Of a DNA stretch of 64,000 bases, positions 1 to 12,182 are shown in pieces. The notes under the pieces are model-generated. The model did not search any database and was not told the origin of the DNA. It was given only the letters and a program-made list of their open reading frames with translations. Source of the DNA: an uncultured Planctomycetota bacterium (GTDB lineage: Bacteria > Planctomycetota > Planctomycetia > Isosphaerales > Isosphaeraceae); the NCBI GenBank assembly GCA_963845755.1, contig CAWJTV010000041.1:128001-192000 (forward strand), read 5' to 3'. Made by a program: the position numbers and the translations under genes. Each line of letters opens with the position of its first letter. Position 1 is the first letter of the stretch.

Positions 1-100
1 GCGAGGCCAGCGCCAGGCCCCCGAAACCGCAGAAACCGTCGCGGATGAATTCCCGGCGAGTGCGCGTGGGCCGGACATGGGGGCAGGATTCAGGGAACAT
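1..100 (-). CDS. DUF1501 domain protein, N-terminus only (runs off window)
   Basis: Minus strand from ATG at 100 reads MFPESCPHVRPTRTRREFIRDGFCGFGGLALAS, a Tat-like RREF leader typical of DUF1501 proteins. It overlaps the stop of the upstream DUF1553 gene. Confidence 0.75.
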   Translation of the reverse strand, partial: MFPESCPHVRPTRTRREFIRDGFCGFGGLALAS

Positions 101-2443
101 AGAGGAACCCGTTGAGGTTGAACAGGGCCAGCGTGAATTCTTCGAGCGGCTGGTCGCGAAGGAATTCCATCGCGATCGCTTCCTCGCGTTGCGTTGGAGG
201 TCGGCCCAGGGCCAGCCGGTAGGCGCGGTCGATGACGCAACGCGGTTCTCCGGGGGTCTCCACACGCAGTCGATGTGCGAAGCCCGCGGCCAGATCGTTG
301 GCGAGTTTCCCGTTGAGCAGCTCCAGCGCCTGGGGTGCGTGAGTGCTCGACACTCGTCGCGAGCAACTGGTGAGGAGTGCCGGGGCGTCGAACGCCTCCA
401 GGAACGGGAGCCGGAGGTTCCGCTTGGCAATCAGGTAGATCGAGCGGCGGTCATGTTCGACCGGGTCCCGAGCGACCTGCCATTGTGACGGCTTGTAGAG
501 GCTCCGCACGATCTCCCGGTCCACGGGGACGATCACGCTGGGTCCACCGGCGTGCCCATTGAGCCGGCCGGAGACCGCGAGCATGGCGTCGCGGATCTCT
601 TCCGCGTCGAGTCGGCGGCGGCTGAACCGCCAGAGCAATCGGTTCTCCGGGTCGTCTTGCGCAGGCTGACTGGGCGCTCCCAGCGCGGCTCGATTGCCGA
701 TATGTGTCGCTGAGCAGGATCAGGCGGTGAATGGGTTTGAATCGCCAGCCGTTCTCGACCAGCGTGGCCGCCAGCCAGTCGAGCAATTCCGGATGGCTGG
801 GGCGATCCCCCTTGGTCCCGAAGTCGTTGACCGTCTTCACGAGCCCCGCGCCGAAATGATGTTGCCAGAGCCGGTTGACGATCACGCGGGCGGTCAGCGG
901 ATGCGCGGGCGAGGTCAGCCAGTGCGCCAGCCAACTGCGAGGATCGGCCACATCCTGGGGCAGCTCGGACAGGTCGTCGGCGACCAGCACGCTCGGCGGC
1001 CGGGGACCGACGGCTTCCGCCTTGTTCTCCCAGACCCCGCGCTTCAGGACGTGGATGGACGTCCGGTGTGCGGAATCGTTCCAGGTGGCCGGGATCGTGG
1101 CCGGCGGCGGCGGGATCGAGTCTTCCAGCGCCTCGATCTCCTCGCTCAGTTTCTCCTTCTCGGCGCCCCTGGCCCGGCGCGCCTTCGCCTGGAGCTTCTG
1201 GATCGCACTCCGGATCTTCTTGCTCTGATCCTCCCAGGTCTTGCGCTCGGCCGGTGCGCCGAGGTTGATGTCGTGCTCCTCGGTGGCGGCCATGTACGCC
1301 TGGAGCCGGTAATAATCCTTCTGCGAGATCGGCTCCAACTTGTGGTTATGGCATCGGGCACATCCCACGGTCAGACCGAGGAACGCCGTGCCGATGATGT
1401 CGGTGCGTTCGGTGAGGACCTCGTTGCGACTCAGCGCGATGTCGGGGTTGCCGGCATTGCGGCGCACCGGGCCGAGGCGATGGAAGATCGATGCCGTCTG
1501 GCACTCCCGATCTTCGGGCGCGATTTCATCACCCGCAATCTGCTCGACAACGAACCGGTCGAACGGCTTGTCCCGATTCAGGGACGCGATGACATAATCG
1601 CGGTATCGCCAGGCGTCGGGAATGTGCCGGTCGTACTCGAAGCCCTCCGATTCGGCGAAGCGGACGACGTCCAGCCAGTGCTGCGCCCAGCGTTCGCCGT
1701 ACCGCGGACTGGCCAGGAGCCGGTCGACCACACGCTCCTCGGCACGGGGCGACGGATCGCCTTCAAATTCCGCAATCTCCTCGGGTGAGGGGGGCAGGCC
1801 GGTCACGTCGAAGGTCACGCGACGGAGCCAATCTCCGCGCTCGGCCCGCGGCGCGGGCTGCCATTGACGCTCTTCGAGCTTGGCGAGGATGAAGGCGTCG
1901 ATCGGGTTGCGGACCCATGCGGAGTCGTTCACCTGCGGCGGAAGCGTCTTCTTGACCGGCTGGAAGGCCCAGTGTGCCGCGCCTTCTTGTATGGGTGACG
2001 TGGCCGAAGTTTGGGTTTCCGTTGCTGCTGGGTAGGGCGCGCCGGCATCGACCCACTTGCGCGAAGTCGGCGAGGGTCTGCTCGGAGAGCTTCGGCTTCT
2101 TCGGGGGCATGGCCAGGCCGTCCTCGTGGCGGATTGCCTGGATCAAGAGGCTCTCTCCGCTCTTGCCCGGGACGACCGCGGGTCCGGAGTCACCACCTTC
2201 GAGGATCGCCTCACGCGCGTCGAGACGAAGCCCGCCCCGGAGCTTTTCCGCCCCCGATGAATGGCAACGGAAGCATTCCGCCTTCAGCACAGGCGCGATC
2301 TTCTCACGGAAAAGGTTGGCGCCCTCGGGATCGGCCAGATCGGCGGCTCGAGCCGTGACGATCCCGAGCACGGGGCCGATCAGGAGGGCCAGAGTCGATC
2401 CGATCGCGGGGGCGAACTGCCGGTGGGAAGTCGGCTTCGGCAT
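90..2443 (-). CDS. Planctomycete cytochrome c (PSCyt1) + DUF1549 + DUF1553 (PSD1) protein, split by two frameshifts
   Basis: Three overlapping ORFs (1763-2443, 451-1932, 90-638) give a signal peptide, CFRCH and [72 protein letters not shown] and PQALELLN. Shifts are near 2050 and 660. Confidence 0.9.
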
Positions 2444-2559
2444 GATACCTCAACCTCTTCGAGCGCACAGTCACGGAGGGTTTTCGAGCAGGAACTATTG
2501 TATCAAGGCTCTTGCGGTTGGCGTAGGGTGAGCTGCGACCTGGCGGGGATGAGCCTCGG

Positions 2560-3352
2560 TCATTTCTTCGGTTTCCGGCCGCGCCCGGACTTCTTGCGAC
2601 CATTCGCAGGGGGAGCAGCCAGCACCTCTTGCCAGACGGCGGGTACGGCCTCCCAGGCCGATTGGTAGGTGGCTTCGAGGGGTAATGGGACATACACCTC
2701 TGGCGTGAGGAACAGGGGCATATCCGGCAGCGCATCGCCGACGGCCACCGGCTCGAGGAAGACCTCAGTGCAGGGGAACGCGATATACGAAACACAGGTC
2801 AGGTAGCTTGTCGTCGGGGAGTGCGAAGTTGCCCTCACGATCCTCGCCCCAGATCGCGCGGTGGATGCCCTGAGGGTCGCGCGAAGTCGGAGGGAACAGG
2901 TTGACGATCAGCAAGTGGATTCCCGCTATCAGGGTCTGGTCAGCTTTTTGAACGAAGGCTTTGAGCTCGGTCTGGCCGTTCTTCTTACCCGGCGAGACGA
3001 TCTCCACCATGGCGATGATCTTGTGGCCGCTACGGTGGCGGATCACGATGGCCTTGGCTTTTCTCGCGTAGATGTCCAGTTGGGTCCGGGCGTGGAAACG
3101 GACCTTTGGTGGGGCGTCAGCAACAGCAATGCCGCCCTCGGAAGGCTGAGTCTCCGCCGAGAGCGAGCCGAAGACCGGCCGTTGCAACGTCAGCACGTCC
3201 GGCCCGAAATCTCCTGTGATCTGCTCGGCAAGGGCGTAGTATCCGCTGGGGAGCAATCCCCGATTCAAGGACCGTCGGATCTCCGCAATCCACGCATGGT
3301 GAAAATCGTGGAAGATCCCCGCATCCACTCGCGTCCAGTCATGGATCGGCAT
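2560..3352 (-). CDS. DUF4058 family protein (PD-(D/E)XK-like), frameshift near 2800
   Basis: Starts MPIHDWTRVDAGIFHDFHHAWI, contains VEIVSPG, and ends VGDALPDMPLFLTPEVYVPLPLEATY in a second frame. Confidence 0.85.
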
Positions 3353-3485
3353 GGTTGGTCTCCGTCCGAGCGTTCCGACCCTGTCACCTCCCTATCCTAC
3401 CAGAATTCCGAATGGATTCCGCGGTTGCCACTCCGAGTTTTCAGGGCTCCCCGAGTTGCGAAGAGGGGACATTCAGTCGCCTCGG

Positions 3486-6400
3486 TCACGATTTACGGTC
3501 GAGGATCGCCAGCATGCGCCGGATCGATTCCTCGCGATTGGGCCGGCGCGGAGGAGTCGTGAGGTCGACGTCCAGCCCCTTCTCCCGGACGAAACGGACG
3601 AACTCCCAGTGATTGACGAACCGCCGGCCGTGGATGTTGCCGAGATGCTTGAGCACAACCCGACGGGCCGCGCCGAAGCAAGTCGGCATCTTGAGGAGTT
3701 CCACCAGGTCCTGTGTTGAAAGGCGGCAGGGACGTGTTTTCATCGTTCGGCGATCGTCACTACCGGTTGTGTTGACAGTGCCGTAGCGAGTCGGCTTGGG
3801 CCGACCAGCATCCGTCAGAATCGAGTCGAGCAACCCTGAATCGATCCCTTTCCCTGCACAGAGTAGAAGGGCTTGTTCACGAGCAATACCATTGCACTTG
3901 GTCGTTTGCAGGTGCGGAAAAAGCATGAGGATCGGATAATTCGCGGGTCGGGTCTCTTTCAGCCACGACCGGAGGACTTCTTCGCAAACACGGTCAGCGG
4001 TGGCAGGGGCCATTCGAGTTACGATCTCGGGCAGATAGTTTGCTAGATAGCCGCCCTCATAAGCATGTGCTGCCAATGAATCCAGCACTTTCCGAGCAGC
4101 TTGGTCGCCGAGTCTGGCCGCGTCCGCGATCTCGTGCTGTTCCATCAAGAGGTCGAGTAGCGCGATGAGGGGATGGGTTACGGCGGGGAGAGTGTGGATG
4201 CTTCCTAGAGGATCGATCACAACGTGGGTGCCACGTTCGGACAGTAGCAAGGCTTTCGCCGCGGGCATACGAGACGCAAGCGAAACCAGACTCAAAATCA
4301 GGTTCTCTCGTTTGACCGGGCTTTCTTCTTCGAAGAGCACCGTGGTGACTCGAGCCATGGCCTTGGCTTCCTCGGAGGGCTTCATCCGTGCCGCGCTCGT
4401 CGCGAGCCCCACGGCCAGTATCTGGCGCACTTCGGCCTGTTTCTCCGGCCCTAACGCTTCGATCAACATTTTAGCGGCCTCGGCGGGGGGCATCCGCTCG
4501 GAGACCGAAGCCAGGACGCTCGATAGAGCCTCACGACGCTGTCTCGGCTCCTTACCTGCTGGCGGATTCTGCTGCTCGCGACGGAGGGAGTCGGCGAGCG
4601 ACCTTGCGGCTTGAATCGCGCGAGGCTGATCCAGACTCTTCGAGACCGCTTGCAACCCCGCAGTCAGACTGTTCTCGAGCAACCCCGTAGTCAGACCGTC
4701 TTTCGGGTCGCGCATGAACACGTCGAGGAGATCCGAGAAAACAGGCCCGCACGTGTGGGCGGCCTCTTTGGGCTCCATGATCCCGGCAACAACAGCGAGT
4801 CCTGTCAGTTGCCACAATCGCGCCTTGGCATTGGTCTCCTGCCGGACGGCAGATACCAGCACTCTGGCCGCCCGATTGGCGTCAGCAGGGAGCAAGTTTG
4901 CGGTCAGAAGATCCAAATCGCCATCACCTTCACTATAGAACAAATCATCTGCCATCGCTTTCGACAGGAACCGAATCACTCTGGCAGCCTCATCTTCCGT
5001 GAGACGCACGTAGAGTGATGCAATCGCGTGGGCAAGGGACCCACGAGCTTGGCCGTTCACTTCCTTCTCGAGTGCCGCGATCAGAATGCGGGCGGCCTGC
5101 CCACAGACCCGCGCGGCGTCAGCCGGTTGCAGGCAACTCGAAACCATCGACAAAGACCGGGAGAGATTTCTCCGTGCGAGGGGATTAGTCTCCCATTGCA
5201 GGGCATCCAGCAGCAGTTGAGCAGCCTGGCCAACAGCCTTGCCAGCCTCATGTGGGTCCGATCGCTTCACCTGGACGACCAAACTATCGGATAATATGAC
5301 AGAAACTCTGTCCCGTGATGCTAACCATATATCCACGTCCCCTAGCTCGTTAGACGTGAAACTTTTGGTTCGATTCAAGCTGTAAGACAACAAGCGAACG
5401 GTCACGGACGGCTCAGCCCATGCCTCGAGCATTGTGGCTATTGCCCGCATCGCCTCTTGGCGCCGATCCTCAGGAATAGGCGCCTCGAACGTAGAGATGT
5501 GTCCCTCAAGGACTTTCTCACATGTCTCGGAGACCTTGGCCGCGCCCTGTTTGTTGGAGATCCACGTGAGACCGGAAGCAAATTCCTCGGGAGAAGTCAG
5601 CCCCAGTTTCTCCAAGTAGAGATAGAGAGGGACAGGTATGAGATGTTCCTCCATGAGGTCGGCAAGGGCTTTGCTTGACTCAGCCGGCTCCAATTTGTCG
5701 GTCATCGAGTAGAGCACCCGACTCAAATCCTCCTCGGATTCGATTCCGCGTAAAACGTGTGCGGCGACGTGAGGTTCCGCTCGGCAAACCAGCTCTCCGA
5801 TCGCATCGAGCAGGAACCCTTTTCTCGATTCCTGTTCCTGATAATCAGCACCGGCAAGACCGTCCGCTGCGAGAGTCTCACGGATGATGTTGGTGAATCC
5901 CCGCGCCTCCGGCCCGAGACCTTCCTGGATCGCGAGCGCGAGGAGTGCCACAACGGCCCGATGTTCCGGAGCCAGCCCGTCCTGGTGGATTCGGGCCGAG
6001 AGGAAATGAGTTGCCGAATCGCGCCTCGACGGATCGAGGCCGAGCGCCCCAATCAACGCTGGCTCCGATCGGGCGAAGAGTTGCCGCACGAGCAATGGAT
6101 CGTGAGTTGCCTCATCCAGGAATCGCATTCGAAGCCTGTCATCCTGTGACTCGGCCAACTCCCAGAGGGCCACGAGTTCGGGATCGGTCAGGGTGACTTG
6201 CTCCGGATCGTCACCGCGTGGATTGAGCGCCGTCACGAGGTTGCGGGCGAAGGCCTGTTCGAGCTTGTCGCGCGAGGTATCGGCAACCTCCTTCAATTCG
6301 CGCTCGGCCCTGGCCTTCGCCTGGGCCTGGAAGGCTGCGATCGAGGAGATCACAGCCACGGCCACCAACGCCACCACGGCCAGGCTTCCGGCTGTCGCCA

Positions 6401-7522
6401 TCGCTGGGTTGCGTCGCGCCCAGAGCCAGGCCTTTTCCAGCCGACCCACCGGCCGCGCGGCGATCGGCTCGCCCTTGAGCCAGTGGTCCAGATCGTCAGC
6501 CAGCGCTTCGGCGCTCGGATATCTCCGCCCCGGGTCTTTTTCCAGGCACTTCAGGCAGATCGTTTCCAGGTCGCGGTCCAGATCGGGGAGGATCGACGAT
6601 AGACGAGGCGGATTGGCTTCGCGGACCTGTCGGAGGACGTCCAGCACGTTGTCGCCCAGGAATGGCGGGCGGCCGGTGAGGCGTTCGTAGAGGATCACGC
6701 CCAGGCTGTAGACGTCGACGGCGACTGTCAGGTCCTTGCGGCTCGCGGCCTGTTCGGGGGCCATGTACCGCGGCGTGCCGATGGTCTGACCGGACTCGGT
6801 CAGCGACGTTTCCGCACCCACGCGCTTCGCCAGGCCGAAGTCGGTCACGAACGCCACTCCGGCCGGGTCGATCAGTACGTTCGACGGCTTCAGGTCGCGG
6901 TGCAGGATGCCGCGCCGATGGGCGAAATGGACGGCGTGCGCCACATCGAGCAGGCGCGCGACCTCGGACCGGGCCGAGCCGCGCGGGCGCGGGCCAGCGT
7001 CGTGCCGTCGACATACTTCATCGAGAAATACTGGTGGCACTCGTGCTCGCCGACCTCGTAGATCGGCACGATGTGCGGGTGGTCCAGGGCGGCGGCCGAC
7101 TCGGCCTCGGTGCGGAAGCGGGCGACGTCGATCGGGGTTGCCAGTATGCCTTTGAGGATCATCTTCAACGCTACGATCCGGTTCAGGCTCGCCTGGCGTG
7201 CCTTGTAGACGACTCCCATGCCACCGCGAGCGATTTCTTCGAGTAGCTCGTAGTCGCCGAAGTAGCGGATCGTGGGCATTGGGCCCGGCCCCGATGTGGT
7301 GTCGGGACTCATGACGGCGTCGGTCAGGCGCAACGGTGCGGCGTGGAGGTCGATGCGATCGAGGTCGGCGAAGAAGGCGCGTAGCGCCTCGGCCAGGTCG
7401 GGATAGCGGTCGAGCAGCTCCTGGCGATTGGGCACCGCGCCGGCCTCGACGGCTTGCAAGTACTCGGCGATGAGCCGGTCGAGGGGGCTGAACGATTCCG
7501 TCGCGTCGTTCGGTGTGGTCAT
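3486..7522 (-). CDS. Membrane-anchored Ser/Thr protein kinase with long alpha-helical (HEAT-like) C-terminal region; frameshift near 6990
   Basis: ORF 6890-7522 has ARGGMGVVY and VALKMI. ORF 3486-7529 continues with [26 protein letters not shown], then WARRNP plus a TM helix and helical repeats. Confidence 0.9.
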
Positions 7523-7525
7523 GGG

Positions 7526-8083
7526 TCACTCTCTCGATTCGAGCTCCCGCCTCAGCTCCGCGAGCCCGCGGCGCAGGAGCGACGCGACGGCGGGCACGGT
7601 GCGGTCAATGTGATCGGCGATCCGCTGGAGCGTCCAACCCTGACAGTGCTTGAGCACCACGACCTCGCGCATCCGGTCCGGCAACCGGGCCAGGGCGTCC
7701 ACCAGTCGCAGAATCTCCTCGTTCCGTTCGAACCGGCGGCTGGGTGACGTCTGATCGGCCGCCAGCCACGCCACGAAGCCGGAGGCCGAGCGGTCGAGGT
7801 CGGCCTCGATCGAGCGTTCCCGGTGGATGTCCCGTTTGTCCCGTTCATAGTGCTTCACCGCGTCGGCCAGCGTGCTGGCCAGGATCCGTCGCAGCCAGGC
7901 CGTCAGCACCTCGGTATCCTGCGAGCGGACCTCTCCGAACGCCGAATACGCGCGGAGCATCGTTTGCTGGACGATGTCCGCCGGATCCAGCTTTCCGCGC
8001 AGACGGCGATCCAGGTGCAGCTCGGCCAGCACCTGCAAGTAATTGCGGAACGGCTCCAGGGCCTCGACGGTGTCGCGTGTCAT
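7526..8083 (-). CDS. ECF RNA polymerase sigma factor (planctomycete kinase-associated type)
   Basis: [44 protein letters not shown] and AVASLLRRG. It lies 3 bp upstream of the kinase. Confidence 0.92.
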   Translation of the reverse strand: MTRDTVEALEPFRNYLQVLAELHLDRRLRGKLDPADIVQQTMLRAYSAFGEVRSQDTEVLTAWLRRILASTLADAVKHYERDKRDIHRERSIEADLDRSASGFVAWLAADQTSPSRRFERNEEILRLVDALARLPDRMREVVVLKHCQGWTLQRIADHIDRTVPAVASLLRRGLAELRRELESRE

Positions 8084-8283
8084 CAGGATCGGCTCGCTCT
8101 ATCAGTCAGAGACGACATCCGCGCGGCGATTGTCCATGAAATATACGGAACGATCGAGGTTTCACCGATACTGGACATGGATGGAGGATCTATGCAAGTC
8201 AAGGAATAGGCGAACGGTCTGAAGCGGGTGGAATTGGGGAGGTTCGTCGGGGGACGGTCGAGGACAATACCGACAATGGCTCG

Positions 8284-8598
8284 TTACAGAATATCCACAG
8301 GATAGGAAGCAATGTAGATTTCGATCTGTTCAAATCGCTCGAGAAGAGTCGGCTTATAGCTGGCGAAGAACTGTTGGTTCTCCGGGGTATCGTCGACATC
8401 GACGACGAGGCGGAGCAACTCGTCCTCATAGCGGGTCCCCTCATGGACCCAGATGCCGAGAACGGTATGGGGAAGGAAGCTGACCACGACAAACTGGACA
8501 ATCAGGTCTTCTCGCGTCTGTTCAAACGCTTCGTCGCCGACCGATCGGCCGTCGTTATGTTTTAACGGCAAGAGAATCTCGAAGCGCCTTCTCCGCAT
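8284..8598 (-). CDS. Small hypothetical protein (possibly DUF3574/PII-like ferredoxin fold)
   Basis: MRRRRFEILLPLKHNDG...GIWVHEGTRYED...LLERFEQIEIYI has protein-like composition and overlaps the upstream small ORF. Confidence 0.7.
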   Translation of the reverse strand: MRRRRFEILLPLKHNDGRSVGDEAFEQTREDLIVQFVVVSFLPHTVLGIWVHEGTRYEDELLRLVVDVDDTPENQQFFASYKPTLLERFEQIEIYIASYPVDIL

Positions 8599-8782
8599 AG
8601 TCGAATCCTCCCCGGCCCAGTTCTTGATAGTTGATCCCAAGCGACTGGAGCAATTCCAAGGCAGGCTCGGGCACTATGAAGGCATCATCGGGGAGGCAAA
8701 CAACTCGGCCGCGACGAGCCATCTCGACGAGGGACTTTGCCCGGTCGCCGCGCTCCGAAATCTGGATTTTAACCATCTGCAT
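8555..8782 (-). CDS. Small hypothetical protein, upstream partner of 8284-8598
   Basis: 75 aa, VKIQISERGDRAKSLVEMARRGRVVCLPDDAFIVPEPALELLQSLGINYQEL. A TACAAT -10-like hexamer lies upstream on the minus strand (~8828-8833). Confidence 0.6.
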   Translation of the reverse strand: MQMVKIQISERGDRAKSLVEMARRGRVVCLPDDAFIVPEPALELLQSLGINYQELGRGGFDYAEKALRDSLAVKT

Positions 8783-8882
8783 GGCAAAACCTTGGGAAAA
8801 ACCGGTGACAGAACCAGCCGACCATCATTGTACAGGCAAGCGCCGGCGGGGGAAAGTGAGTGAGTCTCGATCATCAGCGGGC

Positions 8883-10594
8883 TTACCCAGCCGTCACAAC
8901 TCCGAAGCCGCCATGGCGAAGTCTTCGTCGCCGAACTCGTCGCGGTCCTCGTCCTTGGCATCGGCCGAGGCGAGCGTCTCGTGCTTGTTGGGCAGCCAGA
9001 AGGCACAGAGCATCGACCCGACTCCCAGGGCCGCCATCTGGAGATAGACGTCGCGGAGGGTGTGTCCCAACTGAACCTGGACGACGGCGAGCTGATCGGG
9101 GCTCGGAGCAGCTTGTGGGTCTCGGGCCGCAGCGCGGCGGTGACGTCGATCCCGCTAGGCCCCCACGGCGCCCAGGCGATGCGCCAGTTCCCAGCCGAGT
9201 GCGGCACCCAGCAGGCCGACGCCGATCGCCCCTCCGATCGTGCGGAGGAAGATGACGGCCCCGGTGGCAACCCCTCGCTGGCCCCACTTCACCGAATGTT
9301 GCACCGACAGGATGAAGCTCAACGAAGTCGGGCCCATCCCCAGGCCGACCAGCATCAGCGCCACGGAGAAGGCGGCGCGGTGCCATTGGGGGAAGAGGGC
9401 GCCGACGACCAGCCCGAGCGCACCGAGCGTGATGAACATCGATCCGACCAGGGCGCCGAATCGCAGGCCCCGGTGTACCACGGCTCGGGCGGCCACGGCG
9501 ACGCTGATCGCCCAGGTCAGGAACAGCGGCATCAGGGCCCGGCCGGCCAACCGCGCATCGCTCCCGCCAACACCCTGGATGTACAGCGGGATGTAGGTGT
9601 CGATCCCGAAGAGGATCCCGCCGATCAGGCCGCTCCCGATCAGCGACGCCGCGATCGTCGGCCGCGTCATCAGGTCCATCGGCAGGATCGGGTCGGCCGC
9701 CCGGTGCTCGCGGATCACGAACAGCACCAGCAGCACGATCGACGCCACGAACAGGCCCACTCCGACCATGATCCCATGCTGCGAGCCATCCAGGACCACG
9801 AGTAGAAGGCTGGTCAGTCCCGCGGTCAGTAGCCCGGCGCCGGCCCAGTCGATCGGCGCGACCTTGCGATTGACCGAGGGCTCCTTGACATACCAGGCCA
9901 GCAGCACGATGGCGATCAGTGCGAACGGCACACAGACCAGGAAGACCCACCGCCAGCCGAAATGGGGGGCTTCGGTCAGATAACCGCCGAGGATCGGGCC
10001 CGCCACGCTCGAGAGGCCCCAGACCGCGCTGAAGAGTCCCTGCACCCGCGCCCGCTCGTGCATGGTGAACAGGTCGCCCAGCATGGTCAACACGATCGGA
10101 CCGACCGCGCCGGCACCCAGCCCCTGGAGCGTCCGCATCGCGATCAACTGGCCCATCGACTGCGACGTGCCCGAGAGGATCGAGCCGATGCCGAAGAGAA
10201 CCAGGCCGAAGAGCAGAACCCGTTTGCGTCCATAGAGATCCGCCAGCTTCCCGTAGATCGGCGTGCTCACCGTCGCCGCGAGCAGGTAGGCCGAGATGAC
10301 CCACGGGTAAATCTCGAAGCCGCGAAGCTGGGCGATGATGGTGGGCATGGCCGGCGAGACGACCAGTTGCTCCATCGCCGTGACCATCATCGCCACCAGG
10401 AGCGCGGCCGTTACCATGCGCCGGCCCGCGAGGGCCGATTCGTTAACCTTCTCTTCGTCGGTCGTTCCGTCGAGTTCCGAGGTTCCGATCACCTTCTCCA
10501 TGTCCGGCAGTTCCCTGTCAGTGACTGGGGGGATGTTCCCTGATTTGGCTCGTGCAACTCCTGATTGTACCGGCGTCGCCAAGTCGGACACCAA
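8883..10594 (-). CDS. MFS transporter, DHA2/EmrB-QacA type; frameshift near 9160
   Basis: Motif A GKLADLYGRKRV, RTLQGLGAG, GPILGG and WRWVF, with many TM helices. The C-terminus continues in other frames to the stop at 8883. Confidence 0.9.
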
Positions 10595-10709
10595 TCCCCC
10601 AATCCAGGATCAGGGAGCGAGTCGACTCTCGAAAAACGGTGGCCTCTCGCGTATTGTGTGGGGATCGTGAGGATCCGAAGCAAGCTCAGGGCATCGGGAG
10701 ACAATCGCG

Positions 10710-11648
10710 ATGACTCGGTCGGCGAAACCAGAGGGAGGGCCGGCGCGGAGCAGTCGGCGAGGCATGCTCAAGCAGTCGGCGGTGGCGGGTGCAGCGGTCG
10801 CCGCATTGGGGATCGACGCCCAGGCGCTGGAGCAATCCTCCGCGGAACGCGCGGTCAAGAACGGCCGGATCAGGCAGTCGATCGTGTATTGGTGCTTCGA
10901 GCCGCACTGGGACTTCCCCCGGGCGATCCAGGTTGCCAAGCAGCTCGGCTGCGTCAGCATCGAGCTGATGGCGCCCAAGTACTTCCCCCTGATCAAGGAG
11001 GCGGGACTGACCTGCGCGATCGGGTCGATCGACATGGGCGCCGACCCCCCGTTCGTCAAGGGTTTCAACAACCCGAAGTACCGGGAACGCGTGCTCAAGG
11101 CCACCCGGGACTCGATCGACGCCTGCGCCGAGACCGGATTCAAGAACGTGATCTGCTTCACCGGGATGCGCGAGGGGATTCCCGACGACGTCGGCGCGGA
11201 CAACTGCGTCGAGGGCTTCAAGCAGATCGTCGGTCACGCCGAGAAGAAGGGGATCACGCTCTGCCTCGAGATGCTCAACTCCCGGGTGAACAGCCATCCG
11301 ATGAAGGGGCATCCCGGCTACCAGGGTGACCACACCGACTACTGCATCGAGATCATCAAGCGGGTCGGCTCGCCCAGCCTGAAGCTGCTGTTCGACATCT
11401 ACCACGTCCAGATCATGGACGGCGACGTCATCAGCCGGATTCGCCAGCACCGCGACTATATTGCCCACGTCCACACCGCGGGCAACCCCGGCCGCGGCGA
11501 GCTCGACAACAAGCAAGAGATCAACTACCCGCCGATCATGGAGGCGCTCGTGGAGATCGGCTACCAGGGGCACGTCGGCCAGGAGTTTATCCCCACCCGG
11601 GATCCGGTCGAGGGGCTGAGGCAGGCGGTCGCGCTGTGCGATGTGTAG
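10710..11648 (+). CDS. Hydroxypyruvate isomerase / xylose-isomerase-like TIM barrel protein with Tat signal
   Basis: SRRGMLK leader, LEMLNSRV, LLFDIYHVQIMDGD, HVHTAGNPGRGE and VGQEFIP. Confidence 0.9.
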   Translation: MTRSAKPEGGPARSSRRGMLKQSAVAGAAVAALGIDAQALEQSSAERAVKNGRIRQSIVYWCFEPHWDFPRAIQVAKQLGCVSIELMAPKYFPLIKEAGLTCAIGSIDMGADPPFVKGFNNPKYRERVLKATRDSIDACAETGFKNVICFTGMREGIPDDVGADNCVEGFKQIVGHAEKKGITLCLEMLNSRVNSHPMKGHPGYQGDHTDYCIEIIKRVGSPSLKLLFDIYHVQIMDGDVISRIRQHRDYIAHVHTAGNPGRGELDNKQEINYPPIMEALVEIGYQGHVGQEFIPTRDPVEGLRQAVALCDV

Positions 11649-11788
11649 GAGCGCGGTCGTCGGAGAATAGAACCACGCGCGCAGGCCGGCTGGAGCACGG
11701 CGGTGAGGAGCCCGAGCCCTGAGTGGCCTCGGTGGCGCGGCGGTGGACCGTCACAGGACTCGGAGCCAGGTTTCCGCGCAACCGTGCT

Positions 11789-12178
11789 TCAAGCTTTGAC
11801 GATCGCCGCCGTCTTCTTCGGACGATTTGTCTTCCTCGACCTGTCCTCGGGTAACTCGACGGGATCGGCCGGCCGCACGCGGATCTCAACGATGCAGCCG
11901 ACCGCCCGCGCGATCCGCCTCAGCATGGCCAGTGAGTGCCCTTGGTAGTCGGCGTCTTCAAGCCGGCTAATCACCGACTGATTCGTGCCCACACGCTTCG
12001 CGAGCTGGGCCTGAGTCAACTTGGCCCCGACCCGGAGGTCGTAGACCAGGCGGGACAACTCCGCGTTGGCCAGCTCCTCCTCCAGCATCGCCATCATCTC
12101 GGGCTTACCCTCGAAGTAGCGACGATGAATGATCTCGACCGCGTCGGACGTCTCGGACCGCGTCTTGGTCTTGGGCAT
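11789..12178 (-). CDS. XRE-family HTH antitoxin (HigA-like)
   Basis: LTQAQLAKRVGTNQSVISRLEDADY; directly downstream of a RelE-like toxin. Confidence 0.88.
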   Translation of the reverse strand: MPKTKTRSETSDAVEIIHRRYFEGKPEMMAMLEEELANAELSRLVYDLRVGAKLTQAQLAKRVGTNQSVISRLEDADYQGHSLAMLRRIARAVGCIVEIRVRPADPVELPEDRSRKTNRPKKTAAIVKA

Positions 12179-12182
12179 CGCC

